Shown one piece after another: positions 38,794-50,817 of a stretch of DNA of 64,000 nt. The DNA is from Mobula hypostoma (taxonomy: Eukaryota), in contig NC_086097.1 of the NCBI RefSeq assembly GCF_963921235.1, positions 49,106,001 through 49,170,000 on the forward strand, given 5' to 3'. The notes beneath the pieces were generated by a model. It searched no databases and had not been told where the DNA came from. It saw only the letters and a list, made by a program, of their open reading frames with translations. Within the stretch, counting starts at the first letter, position 1. Each line of letters opens with the position of its first letter. The position numbers and the translations under genes are program-made.

Positions 38794-39358
38794 ATAGTCA
38801 TAGTCATAGTCATACTTTATTGATCCTGGAGGAAAATGGTTTTTGTTACAGTTGCACCATAAATAATTAAATAGTAATAAAACCATAAATAATTAAATAG
38901 TAATATGTAAATTATGCCAGGAAATAAGTCCAGGACCAGCCTATTGGCTCAGGGTGTCTGACTCTCCAAGGGAGGTGTTGTAAAGTTTGATGGCCACAGG
39001 AAGGAATGACTTCCTATGACACTCTGTGTTGCTTCTCGGTGGAATGAGTCTCTGGCTGAAAGTACTCCTGTGCCCAACTAGTACATTATGTAGTGGATGG
39101 GAGTCATTGTCCAAGATGGCATGCAACTTGGACAGCATCCTCTTTTCAGACACCACTGTCAGAGAGTCCAGTTCCATCCCCACAACATCACTGGCCTTAC
39201 GAATGAGTTTGTTGATTCTGTTGGTGTCTGCTACCCTCAGCCTGCTGCCCCAGCACACCACAGCAAACATGATCGCACTGGCCACCACAGAACTCGTAGA
39301 ACATCCTCAGCATCGTCCGGCAGATGTTAAAGGACCTCAGTCTCCTCAGGAAATAGAG
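38794..39358 (-). mobile_element. Rex1/Babar copy 3 (short 3' fragment)
   Basis: ORF 38941..39288 ending 'DNDSHPLHNVL...RKSFLPVAIKLYN'; (TATGAC)n tail at about 38794-38815. Confidence 0.9.
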
Positions 39359-40359
39359 GAAATAAAGGAATATTTTTCTTCATCACTTTATCTTTGCAAT
39401 TGAATGCTGAACTACCATCAGGGTTGATGCAGTCTTTTAAGTGCCAACTGTATAGCTAGGTAAAGAACACAGCGGGAATCAGGGTTTGAAAATTTCATAA
39501 TGCTTCAGTGCAACACTTCCACAACAGCAGGGACTAAGTTGTGGGTCTCAGCCAGGATAACCCAAAGAGGAAAGTACCAATTGGAGGCATTATGCTTACA
39601 GTGGCTTAGGGTTTCTTTCATGTTGCTGCTGCAACTGCAGTACTTTAGACCAGACAGAGCTAATAACAGAACATCCTTTAATAAGGCAGTCATTCTCAAA
39701 TCAGACCGCACAGTGTGGCACAATAGCATGGCAAGGTCATGCATCGTGCACGCAGTTATCAAGTCACATTCATATTCAAATACATTACACTCGTTCTCCA
39801 TTAAAATGTAATAAATCTACAAATGCCATCAATTATCTACTTTCATTAAACTGTTTACAATCAATTACTAACAGAAAAAGATGTACTTATAAGTTTAACC
39901 AAAGACAAATTCATTAAATTTCTTAATCTACTAATCTACAAAACTCTTTGTTACAAACTGTACTTCATCTCTCTGAAGTGTCTACTTCATGCATTAGTGA
40001 TTTCAGTAAATCACTTCAAGTAGGTCTCATACACATTTGGACGGGTAGGGTTCTCCATAACTGTTATATTAACATAATTATCTCTGTAACTTTGAAAGCA
40101 AATTTATAAAAACCTTAAAACAAACAATGATTAACTCTAATTAATAACTGCACAAATATAATCTGGCACATTACTGAATTTAATTAACTCAGTGTTAATA
40201 GTTGTGCTATTGGTTGCCTTTTAGTGCTTCATCATCTTGGCCTGTTCTCATTCCTGCCTTGAATTCTGTTCTTCCTTCTTCTCATCCCATTCCTTAACCC
40301 TTTCTCTTTGTAACTCGTTCAGCCTTTGCTTTGAGTCAATCCACTGCTTTCACACTTTC

Positions 40360-40470
40360 CCATGGAAAAGAGTAAACAATCGATGTTTCAGAAGGGTCTC
40401 GGCACGAAAAGTTTACTCTTTTCCATAGATGCTGCCAGGCCTGCTGAATTCCTCCAGCATTTTGTGTGTA
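40360..40470. mobile_element. Palindromic Penelope-derived mini-element
   Basis: atggaaaagagtaaac...gtttactcttttccat inverted arms around 'gaagggtctcggcacgaaa'. Confidence 0.7.
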
Positions 40471-41354
40471 CTGCTCACTGTTGGCCAGTTTAGACTTTAC
40501 CAGGGTTACTCGGCTCCAAACCTTACCTTCACTTTAGTCTAAATTAACCTTAGATAATTTCCAGGTAATCAAGCATAGTCAACATGGCTTGTGAAAGGGA
40601 AATCGTGCTTGGTAAACTTACCAGGGCTCTTCGTAAATGTAACATGTGGTGGAAGAAGGAGAGATTGGTGGATATACTTTACAGAGATTTCAGAGCTCAA
40701 AGATGCAGGAGCATTTGATTTCCTAGTGTTGAATTGCAAAAAGGCTAGCACAAAGGTACAGAGAATGTTAAAACAATCACAAAATATTACTGTTCATTGT
40801 TAGGGAAATTTCACCCTCCCACCTCACTCACTATCTGGTCCTGTTCCATCAGCTCATTCCAGAGACTGCTTGAAACTGGAATAAAACATTATCTAAAATG
40901 ATGAAATATCGAAATAATCCAACAAATTATAGATTTTCAGGTTAAAATACAGGTAGCTATGAACTGAACACACCTTTAAAGATTACTAATGGTTAATAAA
41001 GCAAATAGTAAATTGTAATGAGATAAAGCAAGGTATTAGAAATAAAAACAATAATTAATCTCTCTGTGGCATTTATTAATTCAGGTGATTGTAGTCATTC
41101 CATTTGCTGTTTACTATGTTTATTCATGTACAGATTTCAATCTTTTTTACACAAAACCAGATGGAAACAATGACAGGGTTTCACAAAAGCAGAAACATCC
41201 TATCAGAGTTTTATAATTTTATCACTGTTTTTAGGAGACCAGCGGAAAACATACAAAGAGGAAACATTTTTGGCTATTAATTGGATTGAAACCTCAGGTG
41301 TTTGGCACCCTCGTCCACCCTTTGTGTATGTAGATGAAAACTGGGATTTCTCAC

Positions 41355-41489
41355 CCTACTTGAACTCCTCTGTTGCTGCTTTCGCGAATCCATTTCACTC
41401 CTAAACACAGACTAATCTCCACTTGAAAGTCCATGCGTTTTCCCAGCAGATTATCCGGATTCACGATGACAGTTTCCTCTCCCAGTGGA
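41355..41489 (-). CDS. KIF28: KIF28-like kinesin exon
   Basis: tttctgcttag|T...GTA GG|GTGAGA; 135 nt, phase 2 to 2; PLGEETVIVNPDNLLGKRMDFQVEISLCLGVKWIRESSNRGVQV. Confidence 0.88.
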
Positions 41490-41944
41490 CTAAGCAGAAA
41501 GTGTACACATCAAATTAGTTGCATTTACTACTGAAAAATCACCCTCTCCCATGTGCTCACATTTCAGGTGTCTCCAGTAGAAACGAATGGGGTGACTGCC
41601 CTTTTGCTTCCATTACAAATTCGGCTTTAAAATCTTGGTTGTAGGAGAATGGTTACAAAGGCTGCATACTTGAAGAAAGTTCAAAGCAATTTATGTATAA
41701 TGTATGAATAGATATTTCCAAGGATAAATGTCAATATTATACCCAAAACAAAAGTGTTCAAAATTGCGGGAGACTAACCTATAATGAAAGAGATACAGGA
41801 TGTATTATTATATTTGTTTTTGCCACCGATTTGTTTCTTTCACCTGGTGTAATGACCCTCTTTATATTACTCATTGTATTCAGTGAGTCTCTGATTGTGC
41901 TGCTTATTCCTTTATTCCTTTGCCAAGACAAAGACTGGGTATAT

Positions 41945-42190
41945 GGGGCCGGCTCAGTGGCATAGTGGTTAGCACAATGCTTTACAATTCAATTCCCATC
42001 ACTGCCGGGTTTCCTTCAGGTGCACCAGTTTCCTCCCACAGTCCAAAATGTACCTGTTGGTGGGTTAATTGGTCATTGTAAATTGTTGCGTGATTAGGCT
42101 ACGGTTAAATCGGGGGATCACTGGGCTGCATGGCTCAAAGGGCCGGAAGAGCCTATCCCATGATGCAGCTCAATAAATAGATAAATAAGA
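41945..42190 (+). mobile_element. tRNA-derived V-SINE (HE1-like)
   Basis: A-box 'tggcatagtggttagcac'; V-domain-like 'gggtttcc..cagtttcctcccacagtccaaa..ggttaattggtcattgtaaattg'; AT-rich tail. Confidence 0.75.
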
Positions 42191-43589
42191 CATAAAATGC
42201 TAGAAATTATCAGCAGATCAGCCAGCATTAACAGAGAGAGAAGCAGTTAACATTTCAGGTCACTGAAACTATCATCAGAATTAAGCAACATGGGCTAATT
42301 TTCAGAGAATGGAGATAGGTGCAGAGAACCAAGTGAGTGTTTGTGTCGGATAGAGACCAAAAGAAACTGCGCAACAGAAATGTTGGTGTGCGGGCCAAGA
42401 AGAAATGGTGAAGGTCTGTTAATCACACGCGATTTGCCTGGAGATGAAAATTGGGAGAAAGGGGGGAAAGAAAAAAAAGGTTTTGGAAATGTGAGGTGCA
42501 AACTGGATAAGTTAAGCACTGCAGATATCAGAAATCTGAAATAAAACTGAGAACACTGGAGAGAGTGGGAGGGCAGTCTGGATAAATTATGTAAGCCTCT
42601 GTTCCTTCTGTAGCCTTGCATATAGCCAGCCTGAACACAATGTGCTCACATCCTGCTGGTATCACTGGGTCCTGGTATCACTTATCACGTGTATCCAATA
42701 ACAAGTAGGCTGTGGTTCATTTTAAACACTAATCTCATTTGAAAGTCAAGATAACAAACATACACTGTCAAAGCGTCATTTTATTAGGTTACTAAGGGCG
42801 ACTCATTATCCTCAATATAGTCTATCAGAGCAAATTTATGACATATTATTGAATAGAAATATCTAAATTAAATTCTTGAGTCATTTGTGATGAATTATTT
42901 CATAGTTTAGTATCAAAAAATAATTACTGAAGGTAAGCGTGAGAGCACAAGATCAAACAATAAAGTTCAAAAGTAGAATTAATCTTCCAGTTATGACTAC
43001 AGAGCTTGTGCACAACTGTGAAAACTTTAATGGCTATGGATTCTCATCAAGTGATTGGTTACCTTACAGGGTGTACAATTTTACTGCCTTGGTAACATCA
43101 CCAAGTTATCCATCACGCCTGACACAGTTACAGTAATAAACATACTGTATGTATTAATATTAGTCTTATCTAATACTATTCTCTAACTAATTTTGAAAAG
43201 AAAGTCAGATGTTAAGACTATCAGGACCAGGAAAAAAATCAGGCTCTTAAGGTCATTGAGGAAACAAATGAGACTTTGACAAAATTCAGAACTATTGTAT
43301 GTGGGTTTAGTTCAGGTGATCCAGCTTTTAGAAACCAAATTGGAAGTAGATACTTTAACATAATAAGTTTGTTATATACACAACGCTATTCCTTCTTTTA
43401 ACATAGTATTAGGTACCAATGAGTTGGACAGTGATTGATCTAGCTTTCCTTAACTGTTAAGCAACTGCATGTTGTCTCCACGGAAATAAATTCAAGCTCA
43501 AGCTTTTTCATTAATGTGCATATATCATTTGTACCCAAAACAACAGATTCTGGCTATCTAGCAGCATGCCAAAAATTCGAGTGTCATGG

Positions 43590-45105
43590 GACAAAAGTGA
43601 GTGTAGCTGCTGTTACTAAGGGGACAGGTCTGAAAGTAGATAAGTCACCTGGACCAGATGGACTACAATGCAAGATTCTGAAAGTGGTAGCTGAAGGGAA
43701 TATAGAGGTTTTTGCAGTGATCTTTCAAGAATCACTAGATGCTGGAATGGTTCTGGAGGACTGGAACTTTGCAAATGTCACTCCACTCTTTGAGAAGAGA
43801 GGGAGGCAGAAGAAGGAAAATTATAGGCTATTTAGCCTGACTTCAGTAGTTGGGAAGCTGTTGATATCCATTATTAAGGATGTGATTTTGGGGTACCTGG
43901 AGGCACATGATAAATTAGGCTGAAGTCAGCATGGTTTCCTTAAGGGATAGTCTTGTCTGACTAATCTGTTTGAATTCTTTGAGGAAATAGCAAGCAGGCT
44001 AGACAAAGGAGAGTCAGTGGATGTTGTTCGCTTGGATTTTCAGAAGGTATTTGACAAGGTGCCGCACATGAGGCTATAGAACAAGATAGTGTAAGAGCCC
44101 AGGGTATTACAGGAAAGGTAGTAACTTCGATAAAAGATTGTCTGACTGGCAGAAAGCAAAGAGCAAGAATAAAAGCGACCTTTTCTGGTTGGCTGCCAGT
44201 AATGGCTCTGCTACTTTTCATGCTATATGTTAATGATGACTAAATGGATGACTTTGTGGCCAAGTTTGCAGATGATACTAAGGTAGGTGGAGAAGCAGGT
44301 AGGGTTGAGGAAGCAGGAAGTCTGCAGAAGGACTTGGACAGATTAGAAGAATGGATAAAGGGTGCTCTGGTTTCCTCCCACAGTACAAAGACAAACTGGG
44401 TAGGTGAACTCTTTATTATAAATTGTCATGTGATTAGGTCGGGGTTCTTTGGGATTGTGAGGTTGCTGGGGTGGTTTGACTCGAAGGGCCTATTCCACGC
44501 CGTTCTGCAAAATAAATAAATAAATAAATAGATAGATAGATAAATAAAAGCAAGATGTACTTCTGAGGTATTATAAGGCATTGATCAGACTGCATTTGAA
44601 GTATTGTGAGCAGCTTTGAGCCCAATATCTAAGCAATGTTGTGCTGGCATTGGAGAGGGTCCAAAGGAGATTTACGAGAAAGATCCTGGGAATGAAAAGG
44701 TTAATGTTTGAGGAGCGTTTGTTGACTCTGGGCCTGTACTCATTGGAATTTAGGAGAATGAGGTGAGATTTCATTGAAACCTACCAAATGTCAAAAGGCC
44801 TGTGCAGAATGGACATGGAGAAGATGCTTCCAATAATGGGAGAATCTATGATTAGAGGGCACTGTCTCAGAATACAAGAATGTCCTTTTAGAACAGAGAT
44901 TAGGAAAAATTGCTTTTAGCTAGAGGGTGGTGAATCTGTGGAATTCATTGCCACAAATGGCAGAGGGTGATTGGTTCTTGAATAGTTGCAGGAAGAAGGC
45001 AAGAGAATGGGTCTGATAAAAAAAAATGAATCAGCCATCATGGGATGGCAGAGTGGACTTGATGGGCGGATGGCCTAAATCTGCTACTATGCATTATGGT
45101 CTAAT
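43590..45105 (+). mobile_element. Degraded CR1 RT fragment with a nested V-SINE piece (about 44360-44545, ending in TAAA/GATA repeats)
   Basis: 'KSPGPDGL', 'ENYRLFSLTSVVGK', 'AKFADDTKVGG'; SINE core 'ggtttcctcccacagtacaaaga'. Confidence 0.8.
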
Positions 45106-46109
45106 GAAGGAGGTGATAAGGAAGACTTGTGTCTAATGGTCTTATTGGGGACGGAGAGGCCCATGCCCAGCAACCTACAATGCAACAGCAACACATATCC
45201 ATTTGATCCCTGCAACACAGAATACATTTTAGTCCTGACATTCCAGTGAAAGTTACCACCTCACAATTGAATGTTGTTTTAATATTCTTTATGGATTTTT
45301 TTCTACAATAGATCAAATCTCCATTTTTCCCATGTATCCATTATTCTGAAATCATCTTAAACACTTGCACCTGTGTCTTAAGGCCCCTCTATTCTTCACA
45401 AAACAGAATAATGATGGAAATATTCAGTCTGTTAGGCACCATCTGTGGAGCTAGAGATAATTAATATTTCGATCAATGAGCATTAAAGGTCATCAAGCCA
45501 AAACACAACTTTGACTTATTTCTTCGCAGATGGCATTAGATCTGCTCTGCTTTTGCCAGCATTTTCTGTTTTATCACAGATCTCCAGCTAGTGCTTGGTT
45601 ATATGTTCATTATTAATCCGTGCTGACTGAGCTGCACATCTTCATTTTAAAATTCTTTTCTTTATTTGCAAATCACTATATAGTCTCTTTATCCCTGCCT
45701 CAAGAATTTGCTCCTGTTCCATATCAGTTCAAGAAATCTGGGCTATTTTACTTTTGGTTCGGAATGCTGTTGCTGCTTGCTTCTATTGTTTTCATGATTT
45801 GTTTTGACTGTTTTTCTCTTTCTCTGTTGGCACCGGGGGCTGGTCTTAGCTTTCAATAATTGGGTTCTTTTGGGTTCCTTGCTTTTCGACTGTCTGTAAG
45901 CAAACAAATCTCAAGTTGAATAATTTGTATATTCTTTGATAATAAATGCACTTTCGATCTTTAAATCTTGAAATCTTTTGAGCCCCTTATATCTTCAGGA
46001 CAGCCAGGTCTCTGGCTCTTGGTACATTAATGGTGCTATGTAAATGGAATTATTAAATGTATGTACCAGTCCTAGTTTTACTGAAAACCATAATCATAGT
46101 CATGTAACC

Positions 46110-46380
46110 ACTAAGTCACATAGTGTAATAAGACAACGCTATTACAGCTCTGGGGCCTTGGAGTTCGGAGTTCAATTCCAGCACCCTCTGTATGAAGTTT
46201 TTACGTACTTCCCATGAGCATGTGGGTTTCCTGCCACATTCCAAAGGTGTACCGGTTCATAGGTTAATTAGTCATTGAAAATTCTCCTGTGATTTGATTA
46301 GGGTTAAATAGGTGGGTTGCGGCTCATTGTACTGGAAGGGCCTGTCCCACACTCTATCTCTAGATTAACTAAGTAAATGT
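46110..46380 (+). mobile_element. tRNA-derived V-SINE
   Basis: B-box-like 'gagttcaattcc'; 'gtgggtttcctgccacattccaaagg..ggttaattagtcattg'; 'gaagggcctg' 3' motif. Confidence 0.7.
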
Positions 46381-46751
46381 TCCCAACCCCTTCAGAGGCT
46401 TTTAATTTCCAGGCTACCTGTAAAATCCAATCTAATTATAAACAATAAAAGAATAAAATCTAATCATGTTTATATTTCCGCTCGCCCCTTCAACCCACAA
46501 GCTATGCGACTCCCCCTGAGGAGGTAACAGCAGATAGTGTCCTGTTGAGGGTCATCAAACTGATAGCTGTTCCTCTCTCCAAACATCCTGCCTGACCTGC
46601 CGAATGTTTCTATTATTTCGTGTTTATTTGTAAAGTTTTCTTTTATACTATGCAGAACATCATTTCAGTATCAATTTTTAAAAAGTGGAGGTTTCGTTCA
46701 CCTAACTCATGTTAATAGTGTTAGCATTTTGAAGTAGTGTTTTGAACTTAC

Positions 46752-46880
46752 TCTCCTCTTGGTGTGCAGGGAAGCAGTCTGACCTGTATAACTGCTTCTT
46801 CTTTTCCATGATGATTATTGACATCCACCTGGTCTTCATAGGTTATGCAATATGCCAACGTCTCCAACCACACATGGGCA
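46752..46880 (-). CDS. KIF28: KIF28-like kinesin exon
   Basis: tattttgcag|T...GGA GA|GTAAGT; 129 nt, phase 2 to 2; (S)AHVWLETLAYCITYEDQVDVNNHHGKEEAVIQVRLLPCTPRG. Confidence 0.9.
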
Positions 46881-48554
46881 CTGCAAAATATTTACGTTGG
46901 TTCATCTTGGTGAAACTGGCACAAGTAGCCATTTTACTGATGCCCTGCTTTACCATTTTTATACACAAACACCTAAAGACTAGATACCTCATGTTTTATG
47001 CATTTCTGGATCTAATCCCTATGCAACAATAAAAAGAAATTCAAACTCAAGGGTTTGCTATTTGAATGACAGTGTACGCAACTTTTCTTCTGGATCTACA
47101 GTTGCTAACCTGGTGTCCATGGATCCCTTGCTTAATGGTATTGGTCTACGGCAAAAAAAATTGGGAACCCCTGTTCTAGATCATCCTCTTGTTTGTCTGG
47201 CTAATACAGGGAGAAATACACACATGTGGTGTTCTGTGCTCCAGTGACTCATGGAGATACAGGCCCTCATTGTGTTAGCGAAGGCTAACTCATCTTCACT
47301 TAAAGTGCTCCTGCATGACCAGATGAAGATAAAATGACTGCATATGCTGTGAACTGGAAACAAAAGAAGAAATTTCAGCAAACACCCAGCTGTAGATGTC
47401 ATCTATGGAAAGAGAAACAAACTTAACATTTGAGGTCTGAGACAAAGGATTCTGAAGAAGACTTTTCAATTAGAAAAATTAGCTTTCTTCTTCTTTCCAC
47501 AGATGCTGCCGGACCTGCTGGATATTATCAACATTTTCTGTCAGTGTTTCTGCCCAGCAAATCTTGGTGTGTTGTTGGAAACCCAAGGTGGACTCCCTTC
47601 GAGTGAATCACCTATCTGTATCTGCCTTCACCACCTCAGTTCCCCAGCAATCGCCAAACAATCTGCCATTTCTGCCCCCTGCCTATTCCAACTATAAATC
47701 TGTCTCCCAAACAATCACATGCACAATCTCACCAAACCTAGGCCGCCAAACTTGTACCAAGACTATACAGTGCGGGCTTAGACAACCCTACTCACTTTGG
47801 CATGGATACCAGTAATCCAAGCTGGTTGACCTGCTGCAGCAAAGTCGCTGCTACAAGGGCCGTGGATCCCTCAAGACACGTCCAGCTGATTTGTGTTTCA
47901 TGGAAACCAATGGTCAGAGGGAGGCACCTCAGCAGCGTAGTGATGTGTTGATGCAAGCCAGTGTCACCTTGTAAGCATCTTTAAAGACAGCAGGTATCTG
48001 TAGTTGTATCGGCAGGTGTTTCACCTCGCACTCACTTTTGCACGTTTCCATGCTGTATGACACTAAATGAAGTCCACTTGGACAATGAAGTTTCACATAA
48101 CTCTGAAACATTGCCATTTATTATTAACAAGAGAAAATCTGCAGATGCTTACCCGATGCACAAGGAAAACCACTTCCAAGGTGATGCAATTACCCAATTT
48201 TAAGCTGCTTTATCATTGGCAGCAGTGCTATCAACTACCTAGACTCTAAGCTTTGTCAACTCCTCTCTAATCCTCTGTGACTCTTTCCTTTTGGGGCAAT
48301 CTGCATTCAAGTTTGTACATGCAAGTTATTGTTGGCCTTCTTACAAACACGTCCTAAAAACAGCACAGAGATCCTACATATATCTTAGAGTTAACCTTTT
48401 TATAAAAAGTCTAACATTATAGAAACATCACAATATAAAGTAAACTAAAATCACTTCTGGGCCAAAATAAAATCTAACTCAAAATATTACATTGGCAATA
48501 ATCAATTGTAAGTTTAATAAGAACACTCTACGGCAAATGCTCTTTGAAATTTAC

Positions 48555-48700
48555 CTTCCAAGATGCAAGGTCTCAACAGGATCCCAAAATGGGTCTTGTT
48601 CCATCTTGTTGTGTACTGTTCCATTTTCTAGAAAATTCTGGTAAATGTCTTCAATTAGAAGTTTTCGATCAGTGAATTTGTCCTGTGTCCATATGACCAC
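48555..48700 (-). CDS. KIF28: KIF28-like kinesin exon (kinesin-3 stalk motif)
   Basis: ttttttattcaag|GTG...GGA AG|GTAAAT; 146 nt, phase 0 to 2; VVIWTQDKFTDRKLLIEDIYQNFLENGTVHNKMEQDPFWDPVETLHLG. Confidence 0.9.
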
Positions 48701-50817
48701 CTTGAATAAAAAACAATAGCTATTCCATTTTTCAGCCGCATTCTGTTTTATAGACCTCCCTACACAAAAAAAAATTGCCTGGGCAAGTTGTTGGTTTGAT
48801 CAAGTCTAGCACGTGAAAGATGTACAAGTTTAGGAAATCAAGCACTAAACAAATAGGTTCAAATCCAAGCATCAGGTCCCCTTCACTGAAGGATATTAAT
48901 GAATCAGCAGCAATGATGAGATGTCATAGTTTTCTGTGTTAGCCACAAATGAGTGAAGTCATTAATTATATTACTGAAGAATGTGACATTACAATTTCTG
49001 GAGATTAAACCAGTATCTAGGTCAGTATTTGAATTCACACATACTGTATGTAAGCACTACCCAGTAGGAGTGCCAGATCATGCCCCTAGTTCTCATGTGG
49101 CAAAATCCCGGCCCATGCCTCAGAGGTGCATTGTTGCAAGGAGTCACTAATACTCTTTAACCAGTATTTGTAACAGTTATATTGCCCAACATGAACTGGA
49201 AAGCAAATTTATGAAGTGGTTAGAAAGAAAGATGGGAAGACTTTTAGGTTGTTATTGAGTAGGTAAACTATTGGCAGGTGGAGTGCTATGCCAGGAATTC
49301 TGAGATTATTCATGTAAGTAGAAACAACAAAAGCAAGACCAAGAATATCCATCAATGAGGAAAGATTGCAGAACACTACATTACAGACAGTTCCAAGTGT
49401 CTTTGTACACGATGCACGCAGTATGCAAACAGTTACAGCAGTCGTTAGACAAATTGAATGCTTGCTTCAAGGACATGAATTACAAAAATATGGGAAATAA
49501 ACAACAGTACTGAAAATATTTAAAGAAAACAGAAAACTTTTAGAAATACCAAGGTTCTGAATCTGATAAAATGGTTGTGGACCTGAAATGCTAAAATCTG
49601 TTTCTCTCCCCACAGAAACTGCTGACCTACTTAAAAACACAAAAAAAAACTGCATACGCAGTTTCATGCTTTAAAAGGTGGCTTACTCTGTACATTTGTG
49701 TCTCCTTATTGAATGAGGGATATACTTGGGCTGGGCGCAGTGAGGTAAAGGCACCAAGGAATAGTTGCACAATTAGACCCATATTGACTAAAGTTTGAAA
49801 AAATCAGTCAGGCTTTAGAGGAGATTTTATTGAAACTGGCAAGGCACTTGTCAAGCTAGACGCTGAAAGCATGTTTGGTGAAATCCAGTACCTTCGAAGC
49901 TGAGACAGATAAATTCTTGAGAACAGGCAGAGAGATTGAGGGACCAGATCAGATTAGCCACTGGATGGCAGAATACGTTCAAGGGGCCATACGATTCTTT
50001 AGTCACTATATCTTATATTGTTATCTACTTCTAGATGGAATAGACAGAGTTCTCATTGATCAGATAATGAATTTAATTCACACCAGGAAGACCTCCAAAG
50101 AGAAGAAAAGGCAACATATTGTCTTTGGATGGAATCTCTGCTCATCTTTCCAATGCAATGTAGTTAATTATTCATCAGCATGATAAATGTAGGAGCAAGG
50201 AGGTGTTAAATATACACGATATAGATGATGTTGGCAAAATCACTTCCCCTCATTTCTCAGGCCTGCCACTCCTGAGCAGTGCAACAGCTTGTACGATATT
50301 GCCACATCCCTCACATCCTGTCATAATATGGATCTTTCCCACATGTCTCATGTTAAAATGAGGAGAAGACTCAGATTCTATGATTCGTGACTTTGAGGTC
50401 ATTTTTAAAAATTTAAATTATTTAAGTTTGCATTAATTCAATGATTTATTTTTTATTCATGTCCTTTCAAACATCTGTTTTTTTAAAAAATGTACATAAT
50501 CATTGCACTATTCATAGCATAGGAAAGACTGCAAATGGTGCCCATCTTTAATTTATCTGAAAATTAGGTGTTAGTCATTCACACTGCTGCCTGCTTGGGG
50601 GTGCATTGTATGAGGAATGTGAATGTGAAACACAGACCAAATCTTCTACCAGCATATCTAAATATGTCAGATAACTTATTGCACAATACTTCATGAGGGA
50701 TACAATTTTAGAAAGTAAGTACCTTTATTTGGTAGTACTGAATTCATTCATCTGGAAAATATATTAGCAGATTAGAAATTAAATTTGTATTAGCATAATG
50801 GAGGGTTGCATGATATG

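Noticed and set aside
39500..39811. Overlapping ~100-aa ORFs on both strands in unique intronic sequence
   Set aside because: No recognisable motifs or splice structure. Non-coding conservation cannot be assessed without alignments.
40200..40365. Purine-rich minus-strand stretch reading KQWIDSKQRLNELQRERVKEWDEKKEEQNSRQE as an extra kinesin exon
   Set aside because: Bounded by stops, no convincing splice sites, and the flanking exons (41355 and 36285) already join in phase.
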